Below, one piece after another: positions 53,433-62,642 of a stretch of 64,000 bases of DNA. A model generated the notes under the pieces. That model did not search any database. It was not told the DNA's origin and worked only from the letters and a program-made list of their open reading frames with translations. A program made the position numbers and the translations under genes. Source of the stretch: a virus; IMG/VR virus record IMGVR_UViG_3300005836_000042, positions 3,616-67,615 of that record. The stretch is one strand, 5' to 3'. Position 1 is the first letter of the stretch; every line of letters starts with the position of its first letter.

Positions 53433-53770
53433 CGTCCGTTTGCGTCCTCGAAGGTGTACTTCGCACAACTATAGCATCCGCAGAGACGGCCCCCCAACAA
53501 TCCCCAACAAATTAAGTTGAGGAAGAGGGCTTGGTCTGCGTACATGGTAACGACAGTGTTCATGTCGAATCCGTGCAGCATCCTCCGCTTTTGCAGCTGC
53601 CATGCCCAATAGATGATAGGGTAGACAGCGGGATACTTCTGGAAGCAGATGGGTGGAAGGAGAACCATCTGCATGGCAAGCTTCTGCCACACATCCGCCG
53701 TCAGGGCGAAAGCCAAGCCCTTTCGTTCGATGGCCTGGAGGACGGCTAGGCTTTCGATTGGGGAGTGCAT
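53429..53770 (-). CDS. hypothetical protein
   Basis: 113 aa, atypical composition. Confidence 0.5.
   Translation of the reverse strand: MHSPIESLAVLQAIERKGLAFALTADVWQKLAMQMVLLPPICFQKYPAVYPIIYWAWQLQKRRMLHGFDMNTVVTMYADQALFLNLICWGLLGGRLCGCYSCAKYTFEDANGR
53468..53476 (-). promoter_or_regulatory. extended -10 promoter candidate
   Basis: Minus strand TG-C-TATAGT about 36 nt upstream of ATG 53432, in an AT-richer patch. Confidence 0.45.
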
Positions 53771-53773
53771 GAG

Positions 53774-54058
53774 TCACCGAGCTGTCTTGTCGTTCTGGTG
53801 GGCGATGACGAGGTTGGTTGCTACCACCATGCCTACGAAGGCCCAGGCTGTCTTCTTGTGGTGCTTGCGGATGCCGCAGAAGACGGCTGTCTCCACAGCT
53901 GTGGTTGTTGCCTTGACCACGGTGAGGCGTTCTCCGTTGGAGCCGATGGTGAGGGTCAGCTCCCGTGCACCCCTGTTCATAGCACGCTGGGTGGAAGCGT
54001 AGTCGGTGTAGTTGGCCCCTGCGATGATGACTGCCGCCGCGACTGCTTCAGCGATCAT
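53774..54058 (-). CDS. putative membrane/exported protein
   Basis: Hydrophobic N-terminus and C-terminal TM-like segment. Confidence 0.65.
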   Translation of the reverse strand: MIAEAVAAAVIIAGANYTDYASTQRAMNRGARELTLTIGSNGERLTVVKATTTAVETAVFCGIRKHHKKTAWAFVGMVVATNLVIAHQNDKTAR

Positions 54059-54264
54059 TGGTTGTCCAGCGAGGTTGGTGTGAGAGTCTGGGTGACCAGC
54101 ATGTCCATGTAGTCAGTCGTTGCTTTGCAAAGTGCCTCGACCTGAGTCTGCACGGAGGTGCTGTAATCACCGTCCTTGAGCTTTAGGTCTCGGAGCCTGA
54201 TGCAGTGAAGGATCAGCAGTTTGGCTTGCTCGTCGAGCTTGCGGCAGTCGATTGGGGAGTGCAT
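54055..54264 (-). CDS. hypothetical protein
   Basis: ATG 54264 (MHSPIDC). Confidence 0.55.
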   Translation of the reverse strand: MHSPIDCRKLDEQAKLLILHCIRLRDLKLKDGDYSTSVQTQVEALCKATTDYMDMLVTQTLTPTSLDNQ

Positions 54265-54268
54265 GGCT

Positions 54269-54427
54269 TTAGTCCACATTGGGACGAGCGAACTTGTGGT
54301 TGCTGCAGTAGCCGGACGGGTGGGCAGTCATCCGCTTGCACTGCCCGCGATCGAACACGTAGCGCTGCCCCTTGAAGCGGCGCTCCCACCAGTAGACGCA
54401 GCGCCGGCTCTTCTTCTCCCTCTTCAT
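54269..54427 (-). CDS. basic zinc-finger microprotein (52 aa, C...C...CxxH)
   Basis: Read manually: MKREKKSRRCVYWW...QCKRMTAHPSGYCSNH; GGAGG SD. Confidence 0.6.
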   Translation of the reverse strand: MKREKKSRRCVYWWERRFKGQRYVFDRGQCKRMTAHPSGYCSNHKFARPNVD

Positions 54428-54582
54428 TGTTTCCTCCCTACGATCTTCGCGACGTCCCCATCTTGGGGGTCACGGCCGGTTTCGTAGCGGAACTGCATAC
54501 GGAGGGCGGTGCGGGTGACTTGCTGCTTGCACTCGATGAGAGTGCGCGCAATCTCCATGAGGCGCTTCAGGTCTTCGTTCAT
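54424..54582 (-). CDS. hypothetical protein
   Basis: ATG 54582, coupled. Confidence 0.55.
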   Translation of the reverse strand: MNEDLKRLMEIARTLIECKQQVTRTALRMQFRYETGRDPQDGDVAKIVGRKQ

Positions 54583-54806
54583 CGGCAGTCGACCATGGTG
54601 TCGGACCAGACTTCGCAGAGTTGAGGGGAGAGACGACGTCCCCCGATGGGGTTCTGGTTCTCGACTACGAGCTGGGACATGCAGCCGTACCAGTGGATGC
54701 CTCGCTCGATCTTGAGGATGGTGCCGCAGTAGCGACAACCGAATACCCAACGGCCTTCTCGGGTGACGATCTTCCAGCAGTGCTCCTTCGCTCGGTGTTT
54801 CTTCAC
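54579..54806 (-). CDS. hypothetical protein with CRYC
   Basis: 75 aa, coupled. Confidence 0.55.
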   Translation of the reverse strand: MKKHRAKEHCWKIVTREGRWVFGCRYCGTILKIERGIHWYGCMSQLVVENQNPIGGRRLSPQLCEVWSDTMVDCR

Positions 54807-54970
54807 TTGGGGATCCTCCCGAAGTAGGCGTAGAACTCAGGCTCGGTGAGGTGCTCGACTTTCTCACAGATGTTGCAGTACCTTGCTGGGCTCTTGCTGG
54901 TGAGTGCAGGTCGCCACTTGTGTGGGCAAGCCAGTCCGATGTTGATGAGGAACTTCTGCAGGAAGTTCAT
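54803..54970 (-). CDS. zinc-binding microprotein (CPH...CNIC)
   Basis: ATG 54970, coupled. Confidence 0.6.
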   Translation of the reverse strand: MNFLQKFLINIGLACPHKWRPALTSKSPARYCNICEKVEHLTEPEFYAYFGRIPK

Positions 54971-55236
54971 TGCTTGCTTGCTCTGACACGCTGCATCCAG
55001 GCCTTGGAGTGGCAGCTCAGGCACTCGAAGTCCCCGCTGTCCATCTCGGTCACGCCCTTGAGGACAGCGACACCGTTGCGAAGCCCGTACCACGCGAGGC
55101 AGGCTCCGGTGTGAACCTCGTTGAACTTGCGACTGGTGGAGGAGACGAACACGTTCTTGCCGCAGGTGGTGCACTGCTTATCGACGAGGCTCGACTCCAG
55201 ATCGGTGACTTCGAGGTGCGGGATGGTGTCACTCAT
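54967..55236 (-). CDS. zinc-finger protein (CTTC...CLSC)
   Basis: ATG 55236. Confidence 0.65.
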   Translation of the reverse strand: MSDTIPHLEVTDLESSLVDKQCTTCGKNVFVSSTSRKFNEVHTGACLAWYGLRNGVAVLKGVTEMDSGDFECLSCHSKAWMQRVRASKQ

Positions 55237-55453
55237 TGCGTTCTCCACGCTCGGCGTAGTACTTCATGGCAAGCTGCTCCCATTCCTTGCGTGCATGTTG
55301 TTCCGCAAGAACGACGTGATCTTGGCAGATGATCACGAGCCACAGGATGCCGATGACGTACTCGCCTGTGAACAGTGCGCTGAACGCAGCGAAGGTGTAG
55401 ACGAGGACACCAAGGAGATCTCCTGTGGCGTAGGGGGTTCCGAGAATCGTCAT
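55229..55453 (-). CDS. two-TM membrane protein
   Basis: 74 aa, AAGGAG SD. Confidence 0.7.
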   Translation of the reverse strand: MTILGTPYATGDLLGVLVYTFAAFSALFTGEYVIGILWLVIICQDHVVLAEQHARKEWEQLAMKYYAERGERNE

Positions 55454-55644
55454 TGGGATCTCCTTTGGGTTGGAGGCAGTAGTGGGCGCAAATTGGAGGG
55501 GTTCTCCAGCTGTGTCCAGTTTGCTGGGTCTTCACAGGGCTCACGGTCCATCTCCTGGCGGATGAGATGCCACATGACGTGGGCTCGACTCACCTCGGGT
55601 GGGAGGAACAGCTCGCGGATCGTTCGCCTCAGCTTGCTGAGCAT
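55450..55644 (-). CDS. hypothetical protein
   Basis: ATG 55644. Confidence 0.5.
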   Translation of the reverse strand: MLSKLRRTIRELFLPPEVSRAHVMWHLIRQEMDREPCEDPANWTQLENPSNLRPLLPPTQRRSQ

Positions 55645-55922
55645 AGAATCAGGGCTCCCTCCTTCCACTCGAAGAGCCTGTCCCCCCATCGGAAGTAGAT
55701 GCGGTTGGGCTTGTCGTAGCGCTCGTAGGGCGTCTTGCCAGGGATGGTCAGGTAGTTGATGCAGCGCTCGAAGCCGTTCTCCTCTCCGCTGAAGTCGTTG
55801 AGAACAGGTCCAGCTGAGTAGAAGCGTGTGCCCTTGGGGAGTTGGATCTCCCAATGCCAGACACCGGGCCACTTCAAGAGCAGACCGCAGTGCCGACAGC
55901 GCAGGCGGGAGTCCGTTCGCAT
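55629..55922 (-). CDS. hypothetical protein with CRHC
   Basis: ATG 55922 coupled to upstream TGA. Confidence 0.65.
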   Translation of the reverse strand: MRTDSRLRCRHCGLLLKWPGVWHWEIQLPKGTRFYSAGPVLNDFSGEENGFERCINYLTIPGKTPYERYDKPNRIYFRWGDRLFEWKEGALILCSAS

Positions 55923-56608
55923 CAGTCGGGAAGCACTGCGGCGACCTTCACCGCTTTGGCCAGCTCGGGAGACATGAACTGGAAGTTGGGAAGGTTGGGA
56001 GTGTGCTTGAATGGCCGGATGACAGCAGGCTCCAAGTTGTTCCAACCTGCAGAGCCGTTGTTGACAAGGTTGGCGCGCCACGCAGGCGACATGGCAACGA
56101 TCCTTGAGAGATCGGAGTCGGTGAATTGGAGACGGCCGCCGTATTTCGACCTCTTGCAGAAGCTGCGGACCCAGTCGTCAAGCTGTGAGCTTGCGGCATG
56201 CCACATCGTAGAGGCGTTCATCAGCTCTTCGTCCTTGTCGAGCTGGCAGACGACGTCACGCTCTTTCCAGCTGAGGACGTGAGTGGTGACGTCGTAGAAC
56301 ACGTCGATGAGGTAGATCTCGTAAAGAGGTGGGTGGTTGAGGGTCAGGCTGATTGTGGGCATCCGTGGGCAATTGACTTGGACGTTGGTCTGCGTGTGGG
56401 GGCTGCGATAGCAGACTACGGTGTCGAGGAGGTGCGGAGGGATCTCCCTTTGCGCCTCGGCCAGGAGGTGAGTTTCGCGGGCTACCTGAGCGTTGATGAC
56501 TGGAGCCAGCGCACTGCCCAGAGTCTGAAGGAAGAGCTTCTGCAGTTTGAAGACGATCTTCTCGTTGGTCTTGTGGACGGCGTACGAGGCACGACTGTGC
56601 TCGCTCAT
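55922..56608 (-). CDS. hypothetical protein
   Basis: 228 aa directly after the VWA gene. Confidence 0.7.
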   Translation of the reverse strand: MSEHSRASYAVHKTNEKIVFKLQKLFLQTLGSALAPVINAQVARETHLLAEAQREIPPHLLDTVVCYRSPHTQTNVQVNCPRMPTISLTLNHPPLYEIYLIDVFYDVTTHVLSWKERDVVCQLDKDEELMNASTMWHAASSQLDDWVRSFCKRSKYGGRLQFTDSDLSRIVAMSPAWRANLVNNGSAGWNNLEPAVIRPFKHTPNLPNFQFMSPELAKAVKVAAVLPD

Positions 56609-56611
56609 GGG

Positions 56612-57871
56612 TCAGCTCTTCAGCTGGACGGTGAATCCGAACGGAGCCTTGTGGTCGGTCGTCGCGACCCACATGACGGGATAGTTGGGGGCGAACTCCG
56701 GGAAGCTACCTTCCATGTCAGTGAGGTAGACGAGGCACGAGGGCGTGATGCTCTTCTCCTTGAGCCACTCGAATGGCGGGATGAAGCTCGTGCCGCCACG
56801 GCCTGTGCACTTGATCTCCGTCTTCCACTCGGAGCGCTCGCGGAACTCGTCGACCCTGTGCACTCCGGCATCGCACTGGATGATGCGGACGAGCTTGGGG
56901 CCGAGCTTGCGGAGGATCTCGCCTGCGATCTTGTGGAACATCTGCAGGTCTTCGTCAGGGACCGAGCCACTGGTGTCGTAGACCACGGTGACGTCGGAGA
57001 TCTTCTCGCTCCAGGGCGTGGGCATGATGATCCCGTAAGGCAGGTAACGCCGGTTGGGCTGATGCCAGCTGTAGTCCTCGTCCCGGATGTTGGAGTCGAT
57101 GAATCGCTCCAGCAGGCTGTACACAGGGTAGACCGGCTCGGTGCACTCCTTGATCAGGTTCTCCAGCGAAGCAGGGAGCTTGCCCTGTGACTTGGCGATG
57201 GTTGCCGCCTTGGAGACGATCTCCTTGATCTGGTCCTCGGAGAGACCTTCAGCAGGAGCCATGATGTCCTGACCGGTGATGCCGTCCTGCGGCACGTTGC
57301 TGCCCCCTCCGCCGTTCTGCTTCTGCTGCTTCTCGATGATGTTGTAGACCTGCTCGGTGGTCATCCCCGTGAACTGTGGGTCGCAGAGGCAGCCGCTCTT
57401 CTTGCCTGTCTGTGCCTCGGCCCAGGTCTGGGGGTTCCACAGCTCGAAGCCGCAGTCGCGGAGCGCGAGGTTGATCACGAAGTCACCGGCGATGTTCCAC
57501 AGGGCGGGGTCGTAGAACATGGGCTTGCCGTTGCGGAAGCCGTAGAACTCCGAGCGCCCTGGCCTGCGGACGCTGATGCGCGTGAGGTGCATGAACATGG
57601 GATGTGCTGCCTCGTGGGCGAGCACCATCATGTTGACGCCACGCGAGAGGGACTCGGAGAACTTGCGGTTGTAGTAGATCTTCCTCCCGTCAGTGGCGAA
57701 GGTGGCGGTCTTCATCCCCAGGTCCGTCCAGAAGCTCGTGGGCTTCTCCTCCAGCTCCATGTGGAGTACGAGGGTGGCCCAGAAGGGCTGCAGGATGGTC
57801 AGGTCGTTCAGGGCCTGCTTGAGCTTGGGGGGAAGCTCTGCGCGAGGCTTTTCGTCATCGAGTTCGGTCAT
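56612..57871 (-). CDS. DUF2201-type metallopeptidase-like plus VWA domain protein
   Basis: TATFATDGR, LAHEAAH, WNIAGDFVIN, VVYDTSGS (MIDAS), GRGGTSF, YLTDMEG. Confidence 0.9.
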   Translation of the reverse strand: MTELDDEKPRAELPPKLKQALNDLTILQPFWATLVLHMELEEKPTSFWTDLGMKTATFATDGRKIYYNRKFSESLSRGVNMMVLAHEAAHPMFMHLTRISVRRPGRSEFYGFRNGKPMFYDPALWNIAGDFVINLALRDCGFELWNPQTWAEAQTGKKSGCLCDPQFTGMTTEQVYNIIEKQQKQNGGGGSNVPQDGITGQDIMAPAEGLSEDQIKEIVSKAATIAKSQGKLPASLENLIKECTEPVYPVYSLLERFIDSNIRDEDYSWHQPNRRYLPYGIIMPTPWSEKISDVTVVYDTSGSVPDEDLQMFHKIAGEILRKLGPKLVRIIQCDAGVHRVDEFRERSEWKTEIKCTGRGGTSFIPPFEWLKEKSITPSCLVYLTDMEGSFPEFAPNYPVMWVATTDHKAPFGFTVQLKS

Positions 57872-57913
57872 TGGATCCTCCGGAGTCGGCGCGGTCAGCG
57901 GGCGCAAATCCCG

Positions 57914-58816
57914 CTACTCCACCTTCTTGGTCTGGTAGATGCCAGACAGCTTGTCGAAGAGCCGCTGCGCCTCGTCGCGGAGCTGCTTGCGAGAGTAGAT
58001 GTCGGTCTTGAGGGTGGACTCGTCGTAGCGCAGCAGGAAAGAGGCTTCGTTCGCGAGCTGCTCGAACTTGGGGTCGCCGTTGATGTTGAGGCCCTTGAGA
58101 GCAGGGAGAAGAGAGCGCATGTTCTCGATCCACTCGGTGCGGAACCTGCCGTCTTCCTTGGAGAGCTTGGAGAGCTGATCACGCGCGGTCTGGACGGACT
58201 CCAGCAGGCGCAGCCACAGTTGCTCGATGGCTTTGTCGTAGGCCTCGGTGCCCTGCTGCTGGAGCGCATCCTTGATGAAGCCCAGGGTGGGGTGCTGTGC
58301 GATGTCGGCGGCAGAGGGAACTCCCCTGAAGTCGATGTCGATGTAGCACCCTTCGAGAACGTCGTCGACGTCGTCGTAGTCGGAGGGATCGTAGGCTGTA
58401 CCCAGGTTGCTGGCTGCAGCCGCGAGCATCGCGTCCCATTCGTTCTTGAGGTGGACCTTGAGCGAGTCCAGCTTCTGCTGGAAAGCCGTCATGGTCTCGC
58501 GGTAGGTGGGCACCAGGGCGTTGGAGATGATCGCTGCGGAGCCCCAGGCCTTGGGAGCGGGAAGCGTGATGCTGTAGTGGAAGCCGCGCGCCTCGTTGAT
58601 CACGCCCTTGATGGACTGGAGGATGGTATCGCAACCCGCGAAGGTGTTCTTGTAGTTGGTGTAGGACTGCTCGTTGTGGGTCTCGGCTTTGGAGAACTTC
58701 TTGGAGGCGGCAGCGTCACGTTTCTTCCAGTTGGTGAAGCCGCCGTGGTAGTCCACGAGCACGCAGGTCTCGCGGAGTGTGGACGTTGCGATGGGGCTGG
58801 GGGTGTCGTTGCTCAC
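57914..58816 (-). CDS. helical protein of the AAA/VWA triad (DUF3150-like)
   Basis: 300 aa between MoxR-AAA and VWA genes; helical; YDPSDY motif. Confidence 0.6.
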   Translation of the reverse strand: MSNDTPSPIATSTLRETCVLVDYHGGFTNWKKRDAAASKKFSKAETHNEQSYTNYKNTFAGCDTILQSIKGVINEARGFHYSITLPAPKAWGSAAIISNALVPTYRETMTAFQQKLDSLKVHLKNEWDAMLAAAASNLGTAYDPSDYDDVDDVLEGCYIDIDFRGVPSAADIAQHPTLGFIKDALQQQGTEAYDKAIEQLWLRLLESVQTARDQLSKLSKEDGRFRTEWIENMRSLLPALKGLNINGDPKFEQLANEASFLLRYDESTLKTDIYSRKQLRDEAQRLFDKLSGIYQTKKVE

Positions 58817-58837
58817 TTCAGGTTTCCTTTCTTGCGT

Positions 58838-59875
58838 CTAGCCGTTGTCCGCGAGGAACTTGCCCCACGCGGCGGTGGCGACCAGCTCGGGCTTGGACTT
58901 GGAGAACTGCGAGATCCACATCTGGTGCCACTCGGTGGGCAGCTTCTGGACGTAGTTGCAGATGTTGGCGAGCGTGGCCTTGGTGGAGCGCTGGATCAGC
59001 GAGAAGAGGACCGCATAGACCACGGCGGGGTTCTTGACCACACGCTGGTTGTTGTCGCCTGCGGCGATGGCATCGCAGTCGGGCATCTCATGGTGGATCT
59101 GCGCGAAGCCCACGAACTTGATGCCGATGGCGTTGCCGATGGTCCCGCAGACGAGCGCACGGAACACGTTGTCGCTCATGCCGTGGGCGTCACGCTCCTT
59201 GAGGATGTTGCTGAGGCGCTCGTTGGAACGCGGGGAGCAGAACGCGGGATCGCCTGCGAGGAACTGCTTCTCGTCGAAGTGGAGGAGGTACTGCGAGTCG
59301 TTCTTGACCCAGGCGAGGTCGAGCGGGTGGAAGCCCTTGTTGAGCCCGTAGTCGATGAAGGCGTCGAGATCGGGCTCGACGGTGATGAACGTGGCTCGGT
59401 TGGCGAGCGCTGCGGAGAGCTGCTCGACGTGAGCGAGATCCCATGCACGGTTGCCGGTGGCCACGATGGCGACGTCGTCGCGCAGCTTGGTGTCTCCCAC
59501 CATGCGCTCGTCGAGCACCTTGAGCATGAGGTTCTGCATCAGGCGCGTTCCTCCACTGAACTCGTCGATGTTCAGCAGGATGCTCCGTCCGTCTGCGAAG
59601 TTGGGGTTGCCCACGAAGGGGATCTTGGGGTTGAGCTTCTGGACAAGCTGCCCCGTCTGGGGCTCGACGTAGCTCATGTAGACGTCGCCGGTGTCGCGGC
59701 CTGCGATCAGCATCTCGGTGCTGCGCATCCCCAGCTCGTCGCCAGCCTGCTGGACGATCTGGGTCTTACCCACGCCGGGAGGGCCAACGATCACGAGGAC
59801 GGTCCTGGACCGTACGGCGCTCTTGATCGCCTCTTTCAGCTCACCGATCGGAAGCGTCACCATCTGAAGTGCCAT
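58838..59875 (-). CDS. MoxR-like AAA+ ATPase
   Basis: Walker A GPPGVGKT, Walker B LNIDEF, ATGN, ALANR, SPRS. Confidence 0.9.
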   Translation of the reverse strand: MALQMVTLPIGELKEAIKSAVRSRTVLVIVGPPGVGKTQIVQQAGDELGMRSTEMLIAGRDTGDVYMSYVEPQTGQLVQKLNPKIPFVGNPNFADGRSILLNIDEFSGGTRLMQNLMLKVLDERMVGDTKLRDDVAIVATGNRAWDLAHVEQLSAALANRATFITVEPDLDAFIDYGLNKGFHPLDLAWVKNDSQYLLHFDEKQFLAGDPAFCSPRSNERLSNILKERDAHGMSDNVFRALVCGTIGNAIGIKFVGFAQIHHEMPDCDAIAAGDNNQRVVKNPAVVYAVLFSLIQRSTKATLANICNYVQKLPTEWHQMWISQFSKSKPELVATAAWGKFLADNG

Positions 59876-59878
59876 TCT

Positions 59879-60079
59879 CTAACTCCTGTTCTCAATGTTC
59901 GCGACAGTTTGCTGCGCGCAGTCGGCGGGGGCGCTGGGCGCAAATTTGCGGGACGGCTGGGTTGTTGCGTAGAACCGCAGGAATAGTGCCTTGCCGGTTC
60001 GCTTGTCCTGGATGTTGCGGATGTGGTTGCGATCCTCCTTGGTGAGTCGGACTTTGAGGAAACGGAAGCTGCGGTGCAT
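59879..60079 (-). CDS. hypothetical protein
   Basis: 66 aa, coupled. Confidence 0.5.
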   Translation of the reverse strand: MHRSFRFLKVRLTKEDRNHIRNIQDKRTGKALFLRFYATTQPSRKFAPSAPADCAQQTVANIENRS

Positions 60080-60358
60080 CTAGTCCTCCTCTCGCTCTTT
60101 ACGGTTGTTGCGGATCCACTCGAAGAACGGCTCTAGCTCAGCTTCAAGCCTGAGTTGGGTATGGATGTTGGACTCCAGGGGGTAGCCTTGCTCGACGATG
60201 ACTGCGGCTTCGCCAACACCAACAGCTTTCTGGGTGAAGTGGAGAACTTGGAGTGCTGTGAGTGGATCGTAGAACCGGCCAACCAACGTAGAAGCTTGTC
60301 TACCTTCCTGCGAGAAAGGCACGATGTAGATGTAGAAGCTGCGGTTGGCCGGTGCCAC
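60080..60358 (-). CDS. hypothetical protein
   Basis: 92 aa, GAGAGGAG SD. Confidence 0.6.
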   Translation of the reverse strand: MAPANRSFYIYIVPFSQEGRQASTLVGRFYDPLTALQVLHFTQKAVGVGEAAVIVEQGYPLESNIHTQLRLEAELEPFFEWIRNNRKEREED

Positions 60359-60549
60359 TATCCTCTCCTCTCAGACGCCACGAGCTGCCGGAACGCCTCC
60401 TCCACGCGAGCTGCGTAGAGCACCTTGTACTGAACGGGTGAAGGGCAGTTGCAGTTGGGGATCTGACAGTGCGTGGTTGGGGCGAAGTCGTGGGCCGCGA
60501 AGAAGTGCCCACAAATGCACTTGCGGTTGCCGTTGCGTGGAGTGCTCAC
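60358..60549 (-). CDS. Cys/His-rich zinc-binding microprotein
   Basis: CICGH...H...HCQIPNCNC. Confidence 0.65.
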   Translation of the reverse strand: MSTPRNGNRKCICGHFFAAHDFAPTTHCQIPNCNCPSPVQYKVLYAARVEEAFRQLVASERRG

Positions 60550-60878
60550 ATCCCCCCCTTGGCGAACTTCTCCCAGGCCTTCTGGTCGTTCTCGATGACG
60601 ATGCCCCAGCAGGCGTCCTCCTCGTCCCAGCCCTTGCAGGAGCCGCAGTGCTGCGGCTTGTCGCCCAGCTCAGGTGGGTGGCCTTCGCACTTGGAGAAGC
60701 GCTTGATGCCGATGGCGATCCACTCGCCACTGCGGAGCATGGCCAGCTCCTTGTTCTCGGCTTCCTTGGTCTCCTCCTCGGTGTCGTAGGCGTAGGAGCC
60801 CACGGTCTCGTGCAGCTCGTCGATGAAGACCAGGTACAGCTCGTCGTTGTGGATGAAGGTGTGGATGGGGTTGCTCAT
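60546..60878 (-). CDS. acidic hypothetical protein with Cys motifs
   Basis: ATG 60878, GGAGGAG SD. Confidence 0.75.
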   Translation of the reverse strand: MSNPIHTFIHNDELYLVFIDELHETVGSYAYDTEEETKEAENKELAMLRSGEWIAIGIKRFSKCEGHPPELGDKPQHCGSCKGWDEEDACWGIVIENDQKAWEKFAKGGM

Positions 60879-60880
60879 GG

Positions 60881-61237
60881 CTACAGCTCCTCCTTGCTCG
60901 CAGCTTGCTGCGGCGAATCGGGCGGGGTTGCCGGGCGCAAATTCGCCCGCTCCAGCAGCTGGCGAACCTCCAGCTGCTGGCGAACCTGAGACATGACGTG
61001 GATCGCCGAGAAGCTGCCCAGATCCGTCTCGTGGGCCTTGGAGCACAGGTCGTGGACGAGCTGCTGGGTCACCGTTCCTTCAAGGTGAGCCGCATTCATC
61101 TGAGTGCTGAACTCCTTCAGCAACTCAGCGCGGATAGCCTGGAGCAACTCGAAGCTGGTCGAGGCTTGCTTGAGGTGGTTGGCGTGCATCTTCTCGGCTC
61201 TCTGGAGCGCGAGAGAGAGCTTCTCGACTTTGGTCAT
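60881..61237 (-). CDS. hypothetical helical protein
   Basis: 118 aa. Confidence 0.65.
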   Translation of the reverse strand: MTKVEKLSLALQRAEKMHANHLKQASTSFELLQAIRAELLKEFSTQMNAAHLEGTVTQQLVHDLCSKAHETDLGSFSAIHVMSQVRQQLEVRQLLERANLRPATPPDSPQQAASKEEL

Positions 61238-61398
61238 ATGCGGACTCCTTCCCTGCGAGCCCAGAGGTAGAGCCCCTCGTCGTTGAGGATCCAGAGACGG
61301 ATCTCTTCGACTGTGAGCTTGCCGCAGTTGGGGCAGGCCCGGCGGATAGCCTGCTCCAGCTCGGAGCGGTTGTTGCGGATGAACTCACGAATGGTCAC
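61234..61398 (-). CDS. 54-aa phage protein (LWILNDEGLYLWA motif)
   Basis: Read manually; coupled at both ends; GGAGG SD. Confidence 0.7.
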   Translation of the reverse strand: MTIREFIRNNRSELEQAIRRACPNCGKLTVEEIRLWILNDEGLYLWARREGVRI

Positions 61399-62012
61399 TG
61401 GGAAACCTCCTGCCCGCAGAAGCAGGCATCTTCAGCGTTGCATGGCGAGTATCGGGAACCGATGTTGCGGTAGGCCGTCTCGGGGTAGAGCTTGAGGAAT
61501 GAGTCCTTGCCCTTGTAGAAGGCGAACGCGGTGCGGGCGTGGGCCTGGGGTTCTAGCTCGAAGAGCTTGATGAAGAAGTCGCGGAAGCCGTGCCAGCAGA
61601 CTGCACCGATGGCGCGCTCGCTGTCGGTCGCCTTGCGCATGAAGGGGGCGACCTTCTTGTAGGTCTGGCGCCATGTGCCGTGGATGCCCTTGAGGAGCTT
61701 CTCTGCGATGGCCCGCAGCTCGGGCTGTGAGAGAAGCTCTTGGTCGAGCCCGTTCTTGTAGAGCTGAGCGTTGTTGTGCAGGTTGTGAGCTGCAGCGAAG
61801 GCGGTCCAGGCTTCCTGTAGGCGAAGTCGCTCGGCGGCTGAAAGCCTGTGGTAGATCCTCTCGCCGGCTTCGACCTTGATGGTCTTGAGGTGTGAAGGGA
61901 AGAGCTTCACGCGGAAGCCTGTGGAGGAGAGCTGGTCGATGTCCACGCGAGCACCGATGGCTTGGGCTGCGAGGTAGATCGACTGGCGGTTGTTGAGGTG
62001 GGTGATGCGCAT
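61395..62012 (-). CDS. hypothetical protein
   Basis: 205 aa; VCWHGFRDF and terminal CFC motifs. Confidence 0.75.
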   Translation of the reverse strand: MRITHLNNRQSIYLAAQAIGARVDIDQLSSTGFRVKLFPSHLKTIKVEAGERIYHRLSAAERLRLQEAWTAFAAAHNLHNNAQLYKNGLDQELLSQPELRAIAEKLLKGIHGTWRQTYKKVAPFMRKATDSERAIGAVCWHGFRDFFIKLFELEPQAHARTAFAFYKGKDSFLKLYPETAYRNIGSRYSPCNAEDACFCGQEVSQ

Positions 62013-62014
62013 GG

Positions 62015-62347
62015 TTAGCCTCTCAGTCCAGGCACCGCGCGGAAGGCGGCGCGGGCAGCAGCTACAGCATCGAATGCCGCGTATTCGGCCGCGCGACCCC
62101 TAGATCCGCGGCTGTATCGGATGACATTAGCCACAGCCGGCGTAAACAGCCAATGGGTGTATGGAATCCACGGCCGTAGCGTCTCCGCATCCGCCACTGC
62201 ATCCGCGACCGGCATCCGGTCAGGGAACTGGCCTGCGCCGAGACAGACGGGGCACCGGGTCCAGACGGTGCGGCTCGACGTAAGCTGAGCGGCGTAGTAG
62301 CTGCCCCGCCCGCCGCACGCATCACACGGGTGAGTGCTAGTCATCAT
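62015..62347 (-). CDS. DnaJ-type zinc-finger protein
   Basis: CDACGGRG...CPVCLGAG. Confidence 0.6.
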   Translation of the reverse strand: MMTSTHPCDACGGRGSYYAAQLTSSRTVWTRCPVCLGAGQFPDRMPVADAVADAETLRPWIPYTHWLFTPAVANVIRYSRGSRGRAAEYAAFDAVAAARAAFRAVPGLRG

Positions 62348-62639
62348 GGTCCATGTCTCCACGCGCGCGACGGTCAGCGGCTGTCGCTGTGTCCAGATAG
62401 CAGCCCATCGAAAAGGCTCCGTCAAGGTCGCGGGCGCTCCACGACGACGTGTCGGCGCGGTAGCCGTGTTCTGATTTTGCCTTGCTGATAGCCTCTTCGT
62501 CAGTGTGGGCCAATACCGCATACTGGAACACGCGCACTTTCTGATTGCCACGTTCCAGTGCTTTGCGTTCATATACGATCCAAAGTTTTGCGTCGCCCGG
62601 GTGAGTCGCGACCTTGGAGTAGATCGGCTTGATAGTCAT
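62337..62639 (-). CDS. hypothetical protein
   Basis: 100 aa, AAGGAG SD. Confidence 0.65.
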   Translation of the reverse strand: MTIKPIYSKVATHPGDAKLWIVYERKALERGNQKVRVFQYAVLAHTDEEAISKAKSEHGYRADTSSWSARDLDGAFSMGCYLDTATAADRRARGDMDHDD

Positions 62640-62642
62640 CGG

